Of a stretch of 53,378 nt of DNA, positions 20,799-30,107 are shown one piece after another. Positions within the stretch are counted from its first letter, which is position 1, and the number at the start of each line of letters is the position of its first letter. The DNA is from Candidatus Methylomirabilota bacterium (GTDB lineage Bacteria > Methylomirabilota > Methylomirabilia > Methylomirabilales > 2-02-FULL-66-22). The stretch lies in assembly GCA_016180655.1 (NCBI GenBank), contig JACPAT010000027.1, forward strand, positions 1 through 53,378. The letters run 5' to 3'. A program made the translations under genes and the position numbers. A model generated the notes under the pieces. The model searched no databases. It saw only the letters and a list, made by a program, of their open reading frames with translations, and was not told the origin of the DNA.

Positions 20799-20843
20799 GC
20801 GGATTGAAAAATCCGAAATCCGAAATCCCAAATCCGAAATTGC
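20799..20843. repeat. Short hairpin GCGGATT/AAATCCG followed by the heptamer array AAATCCG AAATCCG AAATCCC AAATCCG AAATTGC
   Basis: Array at 20809-20843 in register, ending 3 nt before the lolD ATG. Confidence 0.8.
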
Positions 20844-20846
20844 GCC

Positions 20847-21521
20847 ATGAGCGTAGAGATCCTCGTCCAGGGTGTCACCAAGAGCTTCCCCCGGGACGGC
20901 GAGCGGGTGGAGGTGCTGAAGGGAATCAGCCTACGCATCGCCTCCGGGGAGCTGGTGGCGATCGCGGGACCCTCGGGGGTCGGCAAGAGCACCCTGCTGC
21001 ACCTCCTGGGGGCGCTGGAACGGCCGACCGGCGGCGAGATCCGGTACGGCGAGACGGCGCTGTCCAGTCTGAGCGATTCGGCTCTGGCGGAGTTCCGGAA
21101 CCGGCAGGTGGGCTTCGTCTTCCAGTTCCATCACCTGCTGCCCGAATTCACCGCCCTGGAGAACGTCATGCTTCCCCTGCTCATTCGGCGCTGCCCGGCG
21201 GCCCGGGCCAGGGAGCGGGCGCGGGGTCTTTTGGGACAGGTCGGGTTGGGGGAACGGCTGCGGCACCGGCCGGGGGAACTCTCCGGGGGTGAGCAGCAGC
21301 GGGTGGCCATGGCGCGGGCGCTCGTCGGCGAGCCGGCCGTGCTGCTGGCGGACGAACCGACGGGGAACCTGGACAGCAAGACCGGGGCGGAGATCTTCGA
21401 GCTCCTCCGCCAGCTCAATCGCGAGCGCCGCCTCACCAGCGTCATCGTCACCCACAACGAGGGCCTGGCCGCCCGGACGGATCGCGTCCTGCGCATGCTG
21501 GATGGCCGGATGGTGGAGTAG
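20847..21521 (+). CDS. lolD: Lipoprotein-releasing system ATP-binding protein
   Basis: Walker A GPSGVGKST, ABC signature LSGGEQQRVAMARAL, Walker B LLADEPTGNLD. Confidence 0.9.
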   Translation: MSVEILVQGVTKSFPRDGERVEVLKGISLRIASGELVAIAGPSGVGKSTLLHLLGALERPTGGEIRYGETALSSLSDSALAEFRNRQVGFVFQFHHLLPEFTALENVMLPLLIRRCPAARARERARGLLGQVGLGERLRHRPGELSGGEQQRVAMARALVGEPAVLLADEPTGNLDSKTGAEIFELLRQLNRERRLTSVIVTHNEGLAARTDRVLRMLDGRMVE

Positions 21522-21570
21522 CCCCGAGGCCCGGGGCGAGCCCGACCGCCGGTGGTGCGAAATTTGCCCC

Positions 21571-21599
21571 TTCCCGCCCCGGGGCTTGTCGGGTATAAT
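21571..21599 (+). promoter_or_regulatory. Candidate promoter for clpC: perfect -10 TATAAT with a weak -35 (TTCCCG)
   Basis: TATAAT at 21594-21599, ~80 nt upstream of clpC. The -35 is poor. Confidence 0.4.
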
Positions 21600-21679
21600 G
21601 CCCTGGCTGTCGCCGCCGCCACGTCTCGGGCTGTGCCTCGACGGGAGCGGTCGAAAGAGGAGGTCACGAGGAGCCGATT

Positions 21680-24115
21680 ATGTTTGAACGATTCACCGAA
21701 CGCGCCCGCAAGGTGATCATCCTGGCCCGCGAGGAGGCCATACGACTTGGGCATAATTTCGTCGGGACGGAGCACCTCCTCCTCGGCCTGATCCGCGAGG
21801 GGGACGGCCTAGCCGTCGCTATCCTGAAGAAGCTCAACGTGAATGTCTCGGCCCTCAAGGCCGAGATCGAGAAGATCGTCGCCGTCGGCACCGAGTTCTC
21901 GCCGGCCGGGGAGATCCCGTTCACCCCGCAGGCCAAGAAGGTGCTGGAGTACGCCATCTCCGAGGCCCGCTCCCTGGGCCACAACTACATCGGCACGGAG
22001 CACCTGCTGCTCGGCCTGATCCGCGAGGGGGAGGGCATCGCCTCCCTGGTCCTCCGCGATTTCGGGGTGAGCGTGGCGGCCGCCAAGGCCCAGGCGCAGG
22101 AACTCCTGGGCGAGCAGGCGTCCAAGCAGACGTCCAGCACCCGGACCCCCGCCCTGGATGAGTTCGGCGTGGACCTCACCGCGCTGGCCCGCCAGGACAA
22201 GCTGGACCCGGTCATCGGCCGCGAGGCGGAGATCGAGCGGGTGATCCAGGTCCTGAGCCGCCGGAAGAAGAACAACCCGGTGCTGATCGGCGAGGCGGGC
22301 GTGGGCAAGACCGCCATCGTGGAAGGGCTGGCCCTCCAGATTGTCAGCAGCACCGTGCCCGAGATCCTCCTGCGCAAGCGGGTGGTGCAGCTGGACCTGG
22401 CCGGCATGGTGGCCGGCACCAAGTATCGCGGCCAGTTCGAGGAGCGGCTCAAGGCCGTGGTGAAGGAGATCCAGCAGGCCAACAACATCATTATGTTCAT
22501 TGACGAGCTGCATACCCTGGTGGGGGCGGGGGCGGCCGAGGGGGCCATTGACGCCAGCAACATGCTGAAGCCGGCGCTGGCCCGCGGCGAGCTGCAGTGC
22601 ATCGGGGCCACCACCATGGACGAATACCGGAAGTACATCGAGAAGGACCGGGCGCTGGAGCGGCGGTTCCAGGCCATCCACGTGGGGCCGCCCAGCGTGG
22701 AGGAGACGATCCGGATCCTGCGGGAGATCAAGGATCGCTACGAGACCCACCACCAGGCCATCATCACCGACGAGGCGGTGGTCGCGGCCGCGCGCCTGAG
22801 CCAGCGATACATCGCCGACCGCTTCCTGCCCGACAAGGCCATCGACGTGATCGACGAGGCCGGGGCCCGGGCACGGCTGAAGGGCATGGTCCTGCCTCCC
22901 GAGCTGCGGGAGATGGAGAACGAGGTCGAGCGCCTCCGCTCCCAGAAGGAGGACGCCATCCGGACCCAGGCGTTCGAGGTGGCCGCCCGCCTCCGCGACG
23001 CGGAGCGGAAGCTGCGGACCGACCTGGAGGAGCGCAAGGGCAACTGGAAGGACCAGCGGGCCAAGGCCAGGACGGTCGTCAGCGAGGACGACATCGCCTA
23101 CGTGGTGGCCAAGTGGACCGGGATCCCCCTCCAGCAGCTCGAGGAGGCGGAGTCGGCCAAGCTGCTGCGCATCGAGGGAGAGCTGGCCAGGCGTGTGGTG
23201 GGACAGGAGGAGGCCATCAAGGCCGTGGCCCGCGCCATCCGCCGGTCCCGGGCCGGGGTGAAGAATCCCAACCGGCCCGTGGGCTCGTTCATCTTCCTGG
23301 GACCCACGGGCGTGGGCAAGACGGAGCTGGCCCGGGCATTGGCGGAGTTCCTGTTCGGGACCGAGGACGCCCTGGTCCGGGTGGACATGTCGGAGTACAT
23401 GGAGCGCTTCTCCACGTCCCGGCTGATCGGGGCCCCGCCCGGCTACATCGGCTACGACGACTCCGGTCAGCTCACCGAGAAGGTGCGCCGGCGCCCCTTC
23501 TCGCTGGTCCTGCTGGATGAGATCGAGAAGGCGCACCCGGAGGTCTTCAACCTGTTGCTCCAGATCCTGGAGGACGGGCGCCTGACCGACAACTACGGGC
23601 GGGTGGTGGACTTCCGGAATACCATCCTCATCATGACCTCCAACCTCGGCACCCGGCAATTCACGCTGCACACCAACCTGGGGTTCTCCAAGGGCGGGGA
23701 CGAGGCCCACTCGTACGACAAGATGAAGGAGACGGTCACCAACGAGCTGAAGCGGGCCTTCAACCCGGAGATGCTGAACCGCATTGACGAGGTGATCGTC
23801 TTCCACTCGCTCACCAAGGACCACATGCGGCAGATCGTGGACCTGATGCTGCACCGACTGGAGCTACAGCTCAAGGAGAAGCGGATGAGCCTGCAGGTCG
23901 AGGGGGAGGCGAAGGAGTTCCTCATCGAGCAAGGCTTCGACCCCAATTACGGCGCGCGTCCGCTCCGCCGGGCCATCCAGCGCTACGTGGAAGACGCCCT
24001 GGCCGAAGAGGTGCTCAAGGGCCGGTTCGGCGAGGGCGGAACCATCCGGATCCGAAAAGGCGAGGGCGCGACGCTGCACTTCGAGGTGGCCGAGCCGGTC
24101 GAGGCGCCCTCGTAA
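21680..24115 (+). CDS. clpC: ATP-dependent Clp protease ATP-binding subunit ClpC
   Basis: Double Clp_N repeat (FTERARKVI..., FTPQAKKVL...), two AAA+ modules ([16 protein letters not shown]) and a UVR-like linker. Confidence 0.93.
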   Translation: MFERFTERARKVIILAREEAIRLGHNFVGTEHLLLGLIREGDGLAVAILKKLNVNVSALKAEIEKIVAVGTEFSPAGEIPFTPQAKKVLEYAISEARSLGHNYIGTEHLLLGLIREGEGIASLVLRDFGVSVAAAKAQAQELLGEQASKQTSSTRTPALDEFGVDLTALARQDKLDPVIGREAEIERVIQVLSRRKKNNPVLIGEAGVGKTAIVEGLALQIVSSTVPEILLRKRVVQLDLAGMVAGTKYRGQFEERLKAVVKEIQQANNIIMFIDELHTLVGAGAAEGAIDASNMLKPALARGELQCIGATTMDEYRKYIEKDRALERRFQAIHVGPPSVEETIRILREIKDRYETHHQAIITDEAVVAAARLSQRYIADRFLPDKAIDVIDEAGARARLKGMVLPPELREMENEVERLRSQKEDAIRTQAFEVAARLRDAERKLRTDLEERKGNWKDQRAKARTVVSEDDIAYVVAKWTGIPLQQLEEAESAKLLRIEGELARRVVGQEEAIKAVARAIRRSRAGVKNPNRPVGSFIFLGPTGVGKTELARALAEFLFGTEDALVRVDMSEYMERFSTSRLIGAPPGYIGYDDSGQLTEKVRRRPFSLVLLDEIEKAHPEVFNLLLQILEDGRLTDNYGRVVDFRNTILIMTSNLGTRQFTLHTNLGFSKGGDEAHSYDKMKETVTNELKRAFNPEMLNRIDEVIVFHSLTKDHMRQIVDLMLHRLELQLKEKRMSLQVEGEAKEFLIEQGFDPNYGARPLRRAIQRYVEDALAEEVLKGRFGEGGTIRIRKGEGATLHFEVAEPVEAPS

Positions 24116-24175
24116 CCCCCCCCGCCGGACGCGATCATCCGCACCCATTGCCCCTCCGGGGGCAAGGCGTGCCCG

Positions 24176-24203
24176 CGGCTTCGGATCCTCGGAAGCCGTT
24201 TCT
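24176..24203 (+). terminator. Possible terminator after clpC (CGGCTTC...GAAGCCG then TTTCT)
   Basis: 7-bp stem and a short T-rich tail. Confidence 0.35.
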
Positions 24204-24391
24204 GCCTTCTGGATGACCGGCGTGGGGGGTGCCGCGGGAAACGGATCCCTCTCTCCCGCGCGACCCCCGCCTGACCGCCGGTCCCCGATTTTCTGCTTGG
24301 CTTTCGGGAAGGATGGTGATAAGGTCCGCGGGCATTTGCCAGCGGATGCAGGAATCCGGTGTAGGTTGCTCGTTCGCTAGAGCGAGAGCCC

Positions 24392-26683
24392 GTGACGTCG
24401 CTGCTACGCGTTCGACTGCCCGTCGTTCTCTGCAGTTGTCTCCTGTTCCTCGCCCCACCCCGGGGGGCCGGGGGGCAGGACCAGCCCCTCGTCACCCAGA
24501 TTGACGTGGTCGGGGCTCGCAAGGTCGAAGAGGCCACCGTCCGCTTCAAGCTCAAGAGTCGCGTCGGGGATCCCTATTCGCCCGAGGTAGTGCGCGAGGA
24601 CATCAAGGCCCTCTACGGGTTGGGCTACTTCGAGGATATCGTGGTCCAGGCGGACATCTTCGAGGGGGGCCTCAAGCTGACCTTCGTGCTCCAGGAGAAG
24701 CCCAGCATCCAGAGCATCCGCATCGTGGGGAACCGGAAGCTGGCGGCGGACAAGATCAAGGCCAAGATTGACCTGGTGGAAGGCGCCATCATCCCCCCCG
24801 GCGCCCTGCCCAAGAACGCCGAGAAGATCCGCCTGTTTTACGAGGAGGAGGGGTATTATCAGGCCCAAGTGGAAGGGCGCGAGGATCGGATCTCCCCCCA
24901 GGAGGTGGCCGTCACCTTCAACCTCGTGGAGGGGGACAAGTTCGATGTGGGTGAGATCCGGATCGTCGGTAACCGGTATCTGAAGGAGAAGGACATCAAG
25001 GGCCGGCTCCAGACCTCGGAGCTGTACCTGTTCTTCTTCGGGGGCACGCTGAAGCGGGAGGAATTGCGCCGCGACCTGGATCGTATCCGGGCCTACTACC
25101 TGGACAACGGGTTCCTTGACATCGCGGTAGAGGAGCCGGAGATCCAGCTCGACGCGCGCCGGAAGAGGCTCCGAATCCTCATCCGGGTCGAGGAAGGTTC
25201 CCAATACCGGATCGGCGATCTCAGCATCAAGGGCAACAACCTGCTCCCGGAGGCCGAGGTCCGGAGCCTCATCAAGAGCCGGGCGGGAGGCATCTTCAGC
25301 CGGGAGGCGATGCAGGGCGACGTGGTGGCCATCACCGACCGCTACGCGGAGCGGGGGTACCTGTTCGCCGACGTGGCGCCCGTCACTGATGTCAAACGGG
25401 CCGAGAGCACGGTGAATGTCGCCCTGGAGATCACCGAGGGCCGCCAGGCCTTCCTCAACCGGATCGAGATCACGGGGAATGTCCGGACCCGGGACAAGGT
25501 CATCCGCAGGGAGCTTCGCCTGGTGGAGGGGGATGTCTTCAACAGCACCCTGCAGCAACGCAGCCGGCGCAACCTCGAGAACCTCGGATTCTTCGAGGAG
25601 GTGAAGCTGGACACCAAGCGGGCGGCGGCCGGGGACCGGGTGGATCTGACGGTGGACGTGAAGGAAAAACCGACCGGTGCCTTCACCATCGGTGGCGGGT
25701 ACAGCTCCGTGGACGGCCCCATCGCCGTGGCCAGTATCTCCCAAAATAACCTCTTCGGCCTGGGGAAGCGGGCCGCCCTGACGGGGCAGATCGGGCAGCG
25801 GGCCAACCGGTACAACGCCCTCTACAGCGACCCCCACTTCCTGGATAGCGACTTCCTGATGGAGGTCCGGGGCTTCGAAAACCAGACGCGGTTCCGGACC
25901 AACCAGGGCTTCAACCAGAGCAGCCGGGGGCTATCGCTGACCGTCGGCCACCTGCTGGTGGAGGAGGTCTTTGGCGCGGCGACCTACACCTACCAGCGAG
26001 TGCACATCAAGGACGTGGAGGACTCGGCCCCGTCCCTGGTAAAGCGGCAGGCGGCGGAGTCGGGGGGCGTCTCCAACACCAGCTCCCTGGCCTTTGCCCT
26101 GACCCGGGACACGCGCGACTCCTTCAGCGAGCCGACCCGGGGCCTGCGGGCCCGGGCCGCGTTCGAGTACGCCGGGGGTTTCCTGGACGCGGACAACAAC
26201 TTCACCAAGTACAGCCTGGAGCTGTCCCAGTACTGGCCGCTCTGGTGGAAGTTCGTGGGGCATGTCCGGGGCAACGTCGCCTACGGCGAATCCTTCGGCG
26301 ATACGCCGACCCTGCCGGTGCAGGAGCGCTTCTTCCTGGGCGGCGTGGGCAGCATCCGCGGCTTCCGGAACTTTACCATCAGTCCCCGGGAGACGGAGGG
26401 CGGGGACGGGATCACAGGCGGCAACAAGGCCTTCTTCATCAACAACGAGGTCCTGTTCCCGCTCTACGAGGCCTTGAAGATGCGGGGGCTGGTCTTCGTG
26501 GATTTGGGCAATGTGTTCGACGAACGGGGCAACTTTGAATGGTCGGTCAAGCGGTCGGCCGGGCTCGGCATCCGGTTCACCTCTCCCATCGGGGCCATCC
26601 GGCTGGAATACGGCTTCAACCTGGCTCCCGAGAAGGGGGAGCGAGCCCAGGTGCTCCACTTCAGTGCCGGCACGGCCTTCTAA
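24392..26683 (+). CDS. bamA: Outer membrane protein assembly factor BamA
   Basis: Signal peptide, POTRA repeats, Omp85 barrel and a C-terminal aromatic residue (...FSAGTAF). Confidence 0.93.
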   Translation: MTSLLRVRLPVVLCSCLLFLAPPRGAGGQDQPLVTQIDVVGARKVEEATVRFKLKSRVGDPYSPEVVREDIKALYGLGYFEDIVVQADIFEGGLKLTFVLQEKPSIQSIRIVGNRKLAADKIKAKIDLVEGAIIPPGALPKNAEKIRLFYEEEGYYQAQVEGREDRISPQEVAVTFNLVEGDKFDVGEIRIVGNRYLKEKDIKGRLQTSELYLFFFGGTLKREELRRDLDRIRAYYLDNGFLDIAVEEPEIQLDARRKRLRILIRVEEGSQYRIGDLSIKGNNLLPEAEVRSLIKSRAGGIFSREAMQGDVVAITDRYAERGYLFADVAPVTDVKRAESTVNVALEITEGRQAFLNRIEITGNVRTRDKVIRRELRLVEGDVFNSTLQQRSRRNLENLGFFEEVKLDTKRAAAGDRVDLTVDVKEKPTGAFTIGGGYSSVDGPIAVASISQNNLFGLGKRAALTGQIGQRANRYNALYSDPHFLDSDFLMEVRGFENQTRFRTNQGFNQSSRGLSLTVGHLLVEEVFGAATYTYQRVHIKDVEDSAPSLVKRQAAESGGVSNTSSLAFALTRDTRDSFSEPTRGLRARAAFEYAGGFLDADNNFTKYSLELSQYWPLWWKFVGHVRGNVAYGESFGDTPTLPVQERFFLGGVGSIRGFRNFTISPRETEGGDGITGGNKAFFINNEVLFPLYEALKMRGLVFVDLGNVFDERGNFEWSVKRSAGLGIRFTSPIGAIRLEYGFNLAPEKGERAQVLHFSAGTAF

Positions 26684-26801
26684 CAGCGTTACCTGGTGTC
26701 ACCCGGCCAGGGCGCGTCGAATCCCCGGCCCCCGTCCGCAGCATCAGGTGAAGGGCCGGGTCCGGGGCTGAGGATCCGGGAGAGAATGGGAGGCAGGGAA
26801 C

Positions 26802-27347
26802 GTGAATGTCGGGTTCCAGAGAGGCCGGGGGATGCTGCTGGCCGCGGCGGCTGGGCTGCTCCTCCTCGGGTGGACAGCGCCGGGATGGACTGCGCAGGGC
26901 GTCCGCATCGGCGTCGTGGATGTGCAACAGGTCCTGAATCAATCTCAGCGGGGTAAGACCATCAAGCAAAAGCTGGACCAGGAGATGGCATTACGCCAGA
27001 AGGATTTGGATGCTCGGCAGCAAGAGGTGATGAAGCTGCAGGCCGAACTGGAGAAGCAGGCCCCGGTGCTGAGCGAGCAGGCCAAGCGGGAGAAATCCGA
27101 GTCGATCCAGCGCAAGGTCCGGGACGTCCGCCGCATGGCGGAAGATGCCAACCGGGATCTCGACAAGCGCGTTCGCGAGGCGGAAATGGACGTCACCCGG
27201 GAGATCTTCACCGTGATCCAGGAGTACGGCAAGGATCAGGGGTACACTCTCATCCTGACGCTCGAGCCCAGAACCGTGGCTTACTCTGCCACGGCGGTGG
27301 ATATCACCGCGGAGATCACTAAACGGTTTGACTCCAAGCAGAAGTAG
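26802..27347 (+). CDS. skp: OmpH/Skp family periplasmic chaperone
   Basis: Signal peptide plus long coiled-coil K/E/Q-rich body, in the position bamA-skp-lpxD. Alternative start ATG 26832. Confidence 0.85.
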   Translation: MNVGFQRGRGMLLAAAAGLLLLGWTAPGWTAQGVRIGVVDVQQVLNQSQRGKTIKQKLDQEMALRQKDLDARQQEVMKLQAELEKQAPVLSEQAKREKSESIQRKVRDVRRMAEDANRDLDKRVREAEMDVTREIFTVIQEYGKDQGYTLILTLEPRTVAYSATAVDITAEITKRFDSKQK

Positions 27348-27351
27348 GGGG

Positions 27352-27519
27352 AGAGCGGAGAGCCGCGAGCCGAGAGCCGAGGGAAAGACACCGCGAGCCG
27401 AGAGGGAAGCGCCGAGCACCGAGCGCCGAGAGGCGAGGGAAAAGCACTGAGAGCCGAGAGCCGCGAGCCGCGAGCCGAGAGGGAAGCGCCGAGCGACGCG
27501 AGCGGAGAGCCGAGACGGA
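27352..27519 (+). repeat. One-armed array of 24 heptamers in unbroken register, consensus AGAGCCG (variants CGAGCCG, AGCGCCG, AGAGGGA)
   Basis: I parsed the tract unit by unit from 27352 to 27519 without any phase break. No local inverted partner. Confidence 0.85.
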
Positions 27520-27596
27520 GCGGGTGAGGAGCTGAGGACTTCCGGCGCATTGTAGACGCACAGGATTTACCGGCAGGACAGGGGAAACGGAACGCC

Positions 27597-28622
27597 GTGC
27601 GACTGGGAGAGTTGGCGGAGCGATTGGGATGCCGGCTCGAGGGAGATGGCGGGCTGGAGATCGGGGGCGTGCGGGGTCTGGAGGACGCGGGCCCGCAGGA
27701 TCTGGCCTTCCTGGCCCAGGAACGGCATCTTCCCCGGCTGGCTGGCTCGGCCGCGGCGGCCGTGATCCTTGCCGAGGGCTGGCCGCCGGTGGATCGCCCC
27801 ACCCTTCGGACCTCCAACCCGTACCTCGCCTTCGCGCGCGCCTTGAGCCTGTTCCATCCCGCATCCGTTCCGTCCCCCGGCATCCACCCCACGGCGGTGG
27901 TGTCGTCTGACGCGCGCGTGGCCGCCAGTGCCAGCGTGGGCCCATTCAGCGTCCTGGGTCCGGGCGCAGAGGTGGGAGCAGACACGATCGTGGAGGCCCA
28001 GGTGGCCGTGGGCGCCGGGGTGCGGATCGGCCGGGGCTGCCGGATCTTCCCCCAGGTGACCCTGCGGGACGGCGTCGTGCTGGGGGATCGGGTCACCGTG
28101 CACAGCGGGGCCGTGATCGGCGCCGATGGCTTCGGCTACGCCCGGGACGGGCATCGCTACGTCAAGATCCCCCAGATCGGCCGGGTCGTGATCGAGGATG
28201 AGGTGGAGATCGGGGCGAACGTGACCATTGACCGGGCCACCCTGGGAGAAACCCGCATCGGACGCGGGACGAAGATTGACAATCTGGTCCAGATCGGGCA
28301 CAACGTCCGCGTGGGGGCCGACACGGTGATCGTCGCCCAGGTAGGCATCTCGGGCAGCACGCGCATCGGATCCCGGGTCACGCTGGCCGGTCAGGTCGGC
28401 GTGGTGGACCATGTGGACATCGGCGATGACGTGATCGTGGGGGCGCAAGCGGGCGTGACGAAGGACATCCCGGCGGGCTCGGTGGTCCTGGGATCGCCGG
28501 CCATCCCCCACGGCGAGTTCAAGCGACAGTTGGCAGTGGCCGCGAGGCTGCCGGAGATGCGCAAGATCCTGCGCGCCCTGGAAGAGCGCCTGGCGGCCTT
28601 GGAGGCCCGCCTGACACGGTAA
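27597..28622 (+). CDS. lpxD: UDP-3-O-acylglucosamine N-acyltransferase
   Basis: LpxD N-terminal domain plus left-handed beta-helix hexapeptide repeats. GTG start. Confidence 0.92.
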   Translation: MRLGELAERLGCRLEGDGGLEIGGVRGLEDAGPQDLAFLAQERHLPRLAGSAAAAVILAEGWPPVDRPTLRTSNPYLAFARALSLFHPASVPSPGIHPTAVVSSDARVAASASVGPFSVLGPGAEVGADTIVEAQVAVGAGVRIGRGCRIFPQVTLRDGVVLGDRVTVHSGAVIGADGFGYARDGHRYVKIPQIGRVVIEDEVEIGANVTIDRATLGETRIGRGTKIDNLVQIGHNVRVGADTVIVAQVGISGSTRIGSRVTLAGQVGVVDHVDIGDDVIVGAQAGVTKDIPAGSVVLGSPAIPHGEFKRQLAVAARLPEMRKILRALEERLAALEARLTR

Positions 28623-28751
28623 CCAGGCTGATGAAAAAGGCCCATCTGCTGCGTCAGGCACTCGTCGCGGCACTGCGACGTACACACCAACGTACGCCTC
28701 GTGCCACGACTTCGGGCCTTCCTTGCATCTGGGCCTTTTTGACCAGCCTGG
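28623..28751. repeat. 129-bp element bounded by imperfect 27-bp terminal inverted repeats (CCAGGCTGATGAAAAAGGCCCATCTGC / GCATCTGGGCCTTTTTGACCAGCCTGG); MITE-like
   Basis: The arms are complementary with about 4 mismatches. The interior holds further small stems (GTCGC/GCGAC, CGTAC/GTACG). Starts immediately after the lpxD stop. Confidence 0.6.
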
Positions 28752-28752
28752 G

Positions 28753-28782
28753 TTAGCAGGGGGCTGCAGAGCCCCCTGCTAA
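28753..28782. other. Perfect 13-bp stem-loop TTAGCAGGGGGCT-gcag-AGCCCCCTGCTAA between lpxD and fabZ
   Basis: Read directly. No T-tract. Lies ~20 nt upstream of the fabZ RBS. Confidence 0.7.
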
Positions 28783-28805
28783 GACGGCGGCGGAGGGAGC
28801 AGCGC

Positions 28806-29276
28806 ATGTTGGGCCAGAAGGAGATCCAGGAGACCCTCCCACACCGGTACCCGTTTCTCCTGGTGGATCGCATCCTGGAGCTGGAACTGGGCAAGCGCGT
28901 GGTGGGGATCAAGAACGTCACGATCAACGAGCCGTTCTTCCGGGGCCACTTCCCGGGCCATCCAATCATGCCGGGGGTCCTCATCGTGGAGGCCATGGCC
29001 CAGGTCGGCGGGGTGCTCCTGATGCGCAGCCTGGACGCGCGGGCCGAGAAGAAGGTGATGTACTTCACCGGCATTGATCGGGCCCGGTTCCGGCGGCCGG
29101 TGGTCCCCGGCGACCAGATCCGGTTCGAACTGGAGATCCTCCAGCTCCGCCGGCAGGTCTGCCGGATGAAGTGCGCGGCCTACGTGGATGGCAAGCTGGT
29201 GGCGGAGGCGGAATTGAGCTCGGTGGTGGTGGACCGCGATCCCGGGGCGTCGGGGGACGCCCCCCTCACGGTATAG
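28806..29276 (+). CDS. fabZ: 3-hydroxyacyl-ACP dehydratase
   Basis: [13 protein letters not shown] and [12 protein letters not shown] motifs. Confidence 0.95.
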   Translation: MLGQKEIQETLPHRYPFLLVDRILELELGKRVVGIKNVTINEPFFRGHFPGHPIMPGVLIVEAMAQVGGVLLMRSLDARAEKKVMYFTGIDRARFRRPVVPGDQIRFELEILQLRRQVCRMKCAAYVDGKLVAEAELSSVVVDRDPGASGDAPLTV

Positions 29277-29324
29277 TTTGGTTCGGAATTTCGAATATCC
29301 TTGGGCGGAGACGAAGGGGGGAAC

Positions 29325-30101
29325 GTGGTCACCGTTCATCCCACGGCCGTGGTGGAGCCCGGCGCGGAGCTGGCGGCCGGGGTCCAGGTGGGCGCCTACG
29401 CCATCGTGGGCTCGCAGGTGCGCCTGGGGCCCGGCGCCTGTGTTGGCAGCCACACGATCCTGGAAGGTCGGGCGGACATCGGCGCGGACTGTCGCATCGG
29501 GTCCCACGTGATCATCGGGGCCCCGCCCCAGGACGTGAAGTACCACGGGGAGCCCACCCGGGTGGTCATCGGCGACCGCACCCTGGTGCGGGAGTTCGCC
29601 ACGATCCATCGCGCCAGCACCGGCGGCTCGGGCGTCACCCGCATCGGGCCGGAGAGCTTCATCATGGCCTATGCCCACGTGGCCCACGATTGCCAGTTGG
29701 GGGAACAGGTCATCATGGCCAACCAGGCCTCCCTGGCGGGCCACGTCGAGATCGGCCGGTGCGCCGTGATCGGGGGCATGAGCGGCGTGCACCAGTTCGT
29801 GCGGATCGGCGAATACGCGTTCCTGGGCGCCTGCTCCGCCGTCCTGCAAGACATCCCCCCCTTCGTCAAGGCCCAGGGAAACCGGGCCAAGCCCTATGGC
29901 CTCAACGTCGTGGGGCTCCGGCGGGCGGGGTTCTCGGCCGAAACAATCCAGGCACTGAAGCAGGCCTACCGCATCGTCTTCCTCTCCGACCTGAATACCT
30001 CCCAGGCGCTGGCGCAGCTGGAGCAGGAGCTCAGCGGACCCCCCGAGGTGCAGCGGTTCATTGACTTCATCAAGCGGTCCCAGCGCGGGATCAGCAAGTA
30101 G
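29325..30101 (+). CDS. lpxA: Acyl-ACP--UDP-N-acetylglucosamine O-acyltransferase
   Basis: IHPTAVV hexapeptide start and LpxA C-terminal helical domain. GTG 29325 follows a GAAGGGGGG RBS. The ORF opens at 29301. Confidence 0.9.
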   Translation: MVTVHPTAVVEPGAELAAGVQVGAYAIVGSQVRLGPGACVGSHTILEGRADIGADCRIGSHVIIGAPPQDVKYHGEPTRVVIGDRTLVREFATIHRASTGGSGVTRIGPESFIMAYAHVAHDCQLGEQVIMANQASLAGHVEIGRCAVIGGMSGVHQFVRIGEYAFLGACSAVLQDIPPFVKAQGNRAKPYGLNVVGLRRAGFSAETIQALKQAYRIVFLSDLNTSQALAQLEQELSGPPEVQRFIDFIKRSQRGISK

Positions 30102-30107
30102 TCGGCG

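Noticed and set aside
17843-20992. 1049-aa ORF antisense to lysS and lolE
   Set aside because: Same GC-bias artefact. It spans two real genes and the repeat-filled gap between them.
27352-27519. Possible CRISPR array
   Set aside because: The units are 7 nt, contiguous and without spacers. That is incompatible with CRISPR repeats of about 24-48 nt separated by unique spacers. No cas genes are in the window.
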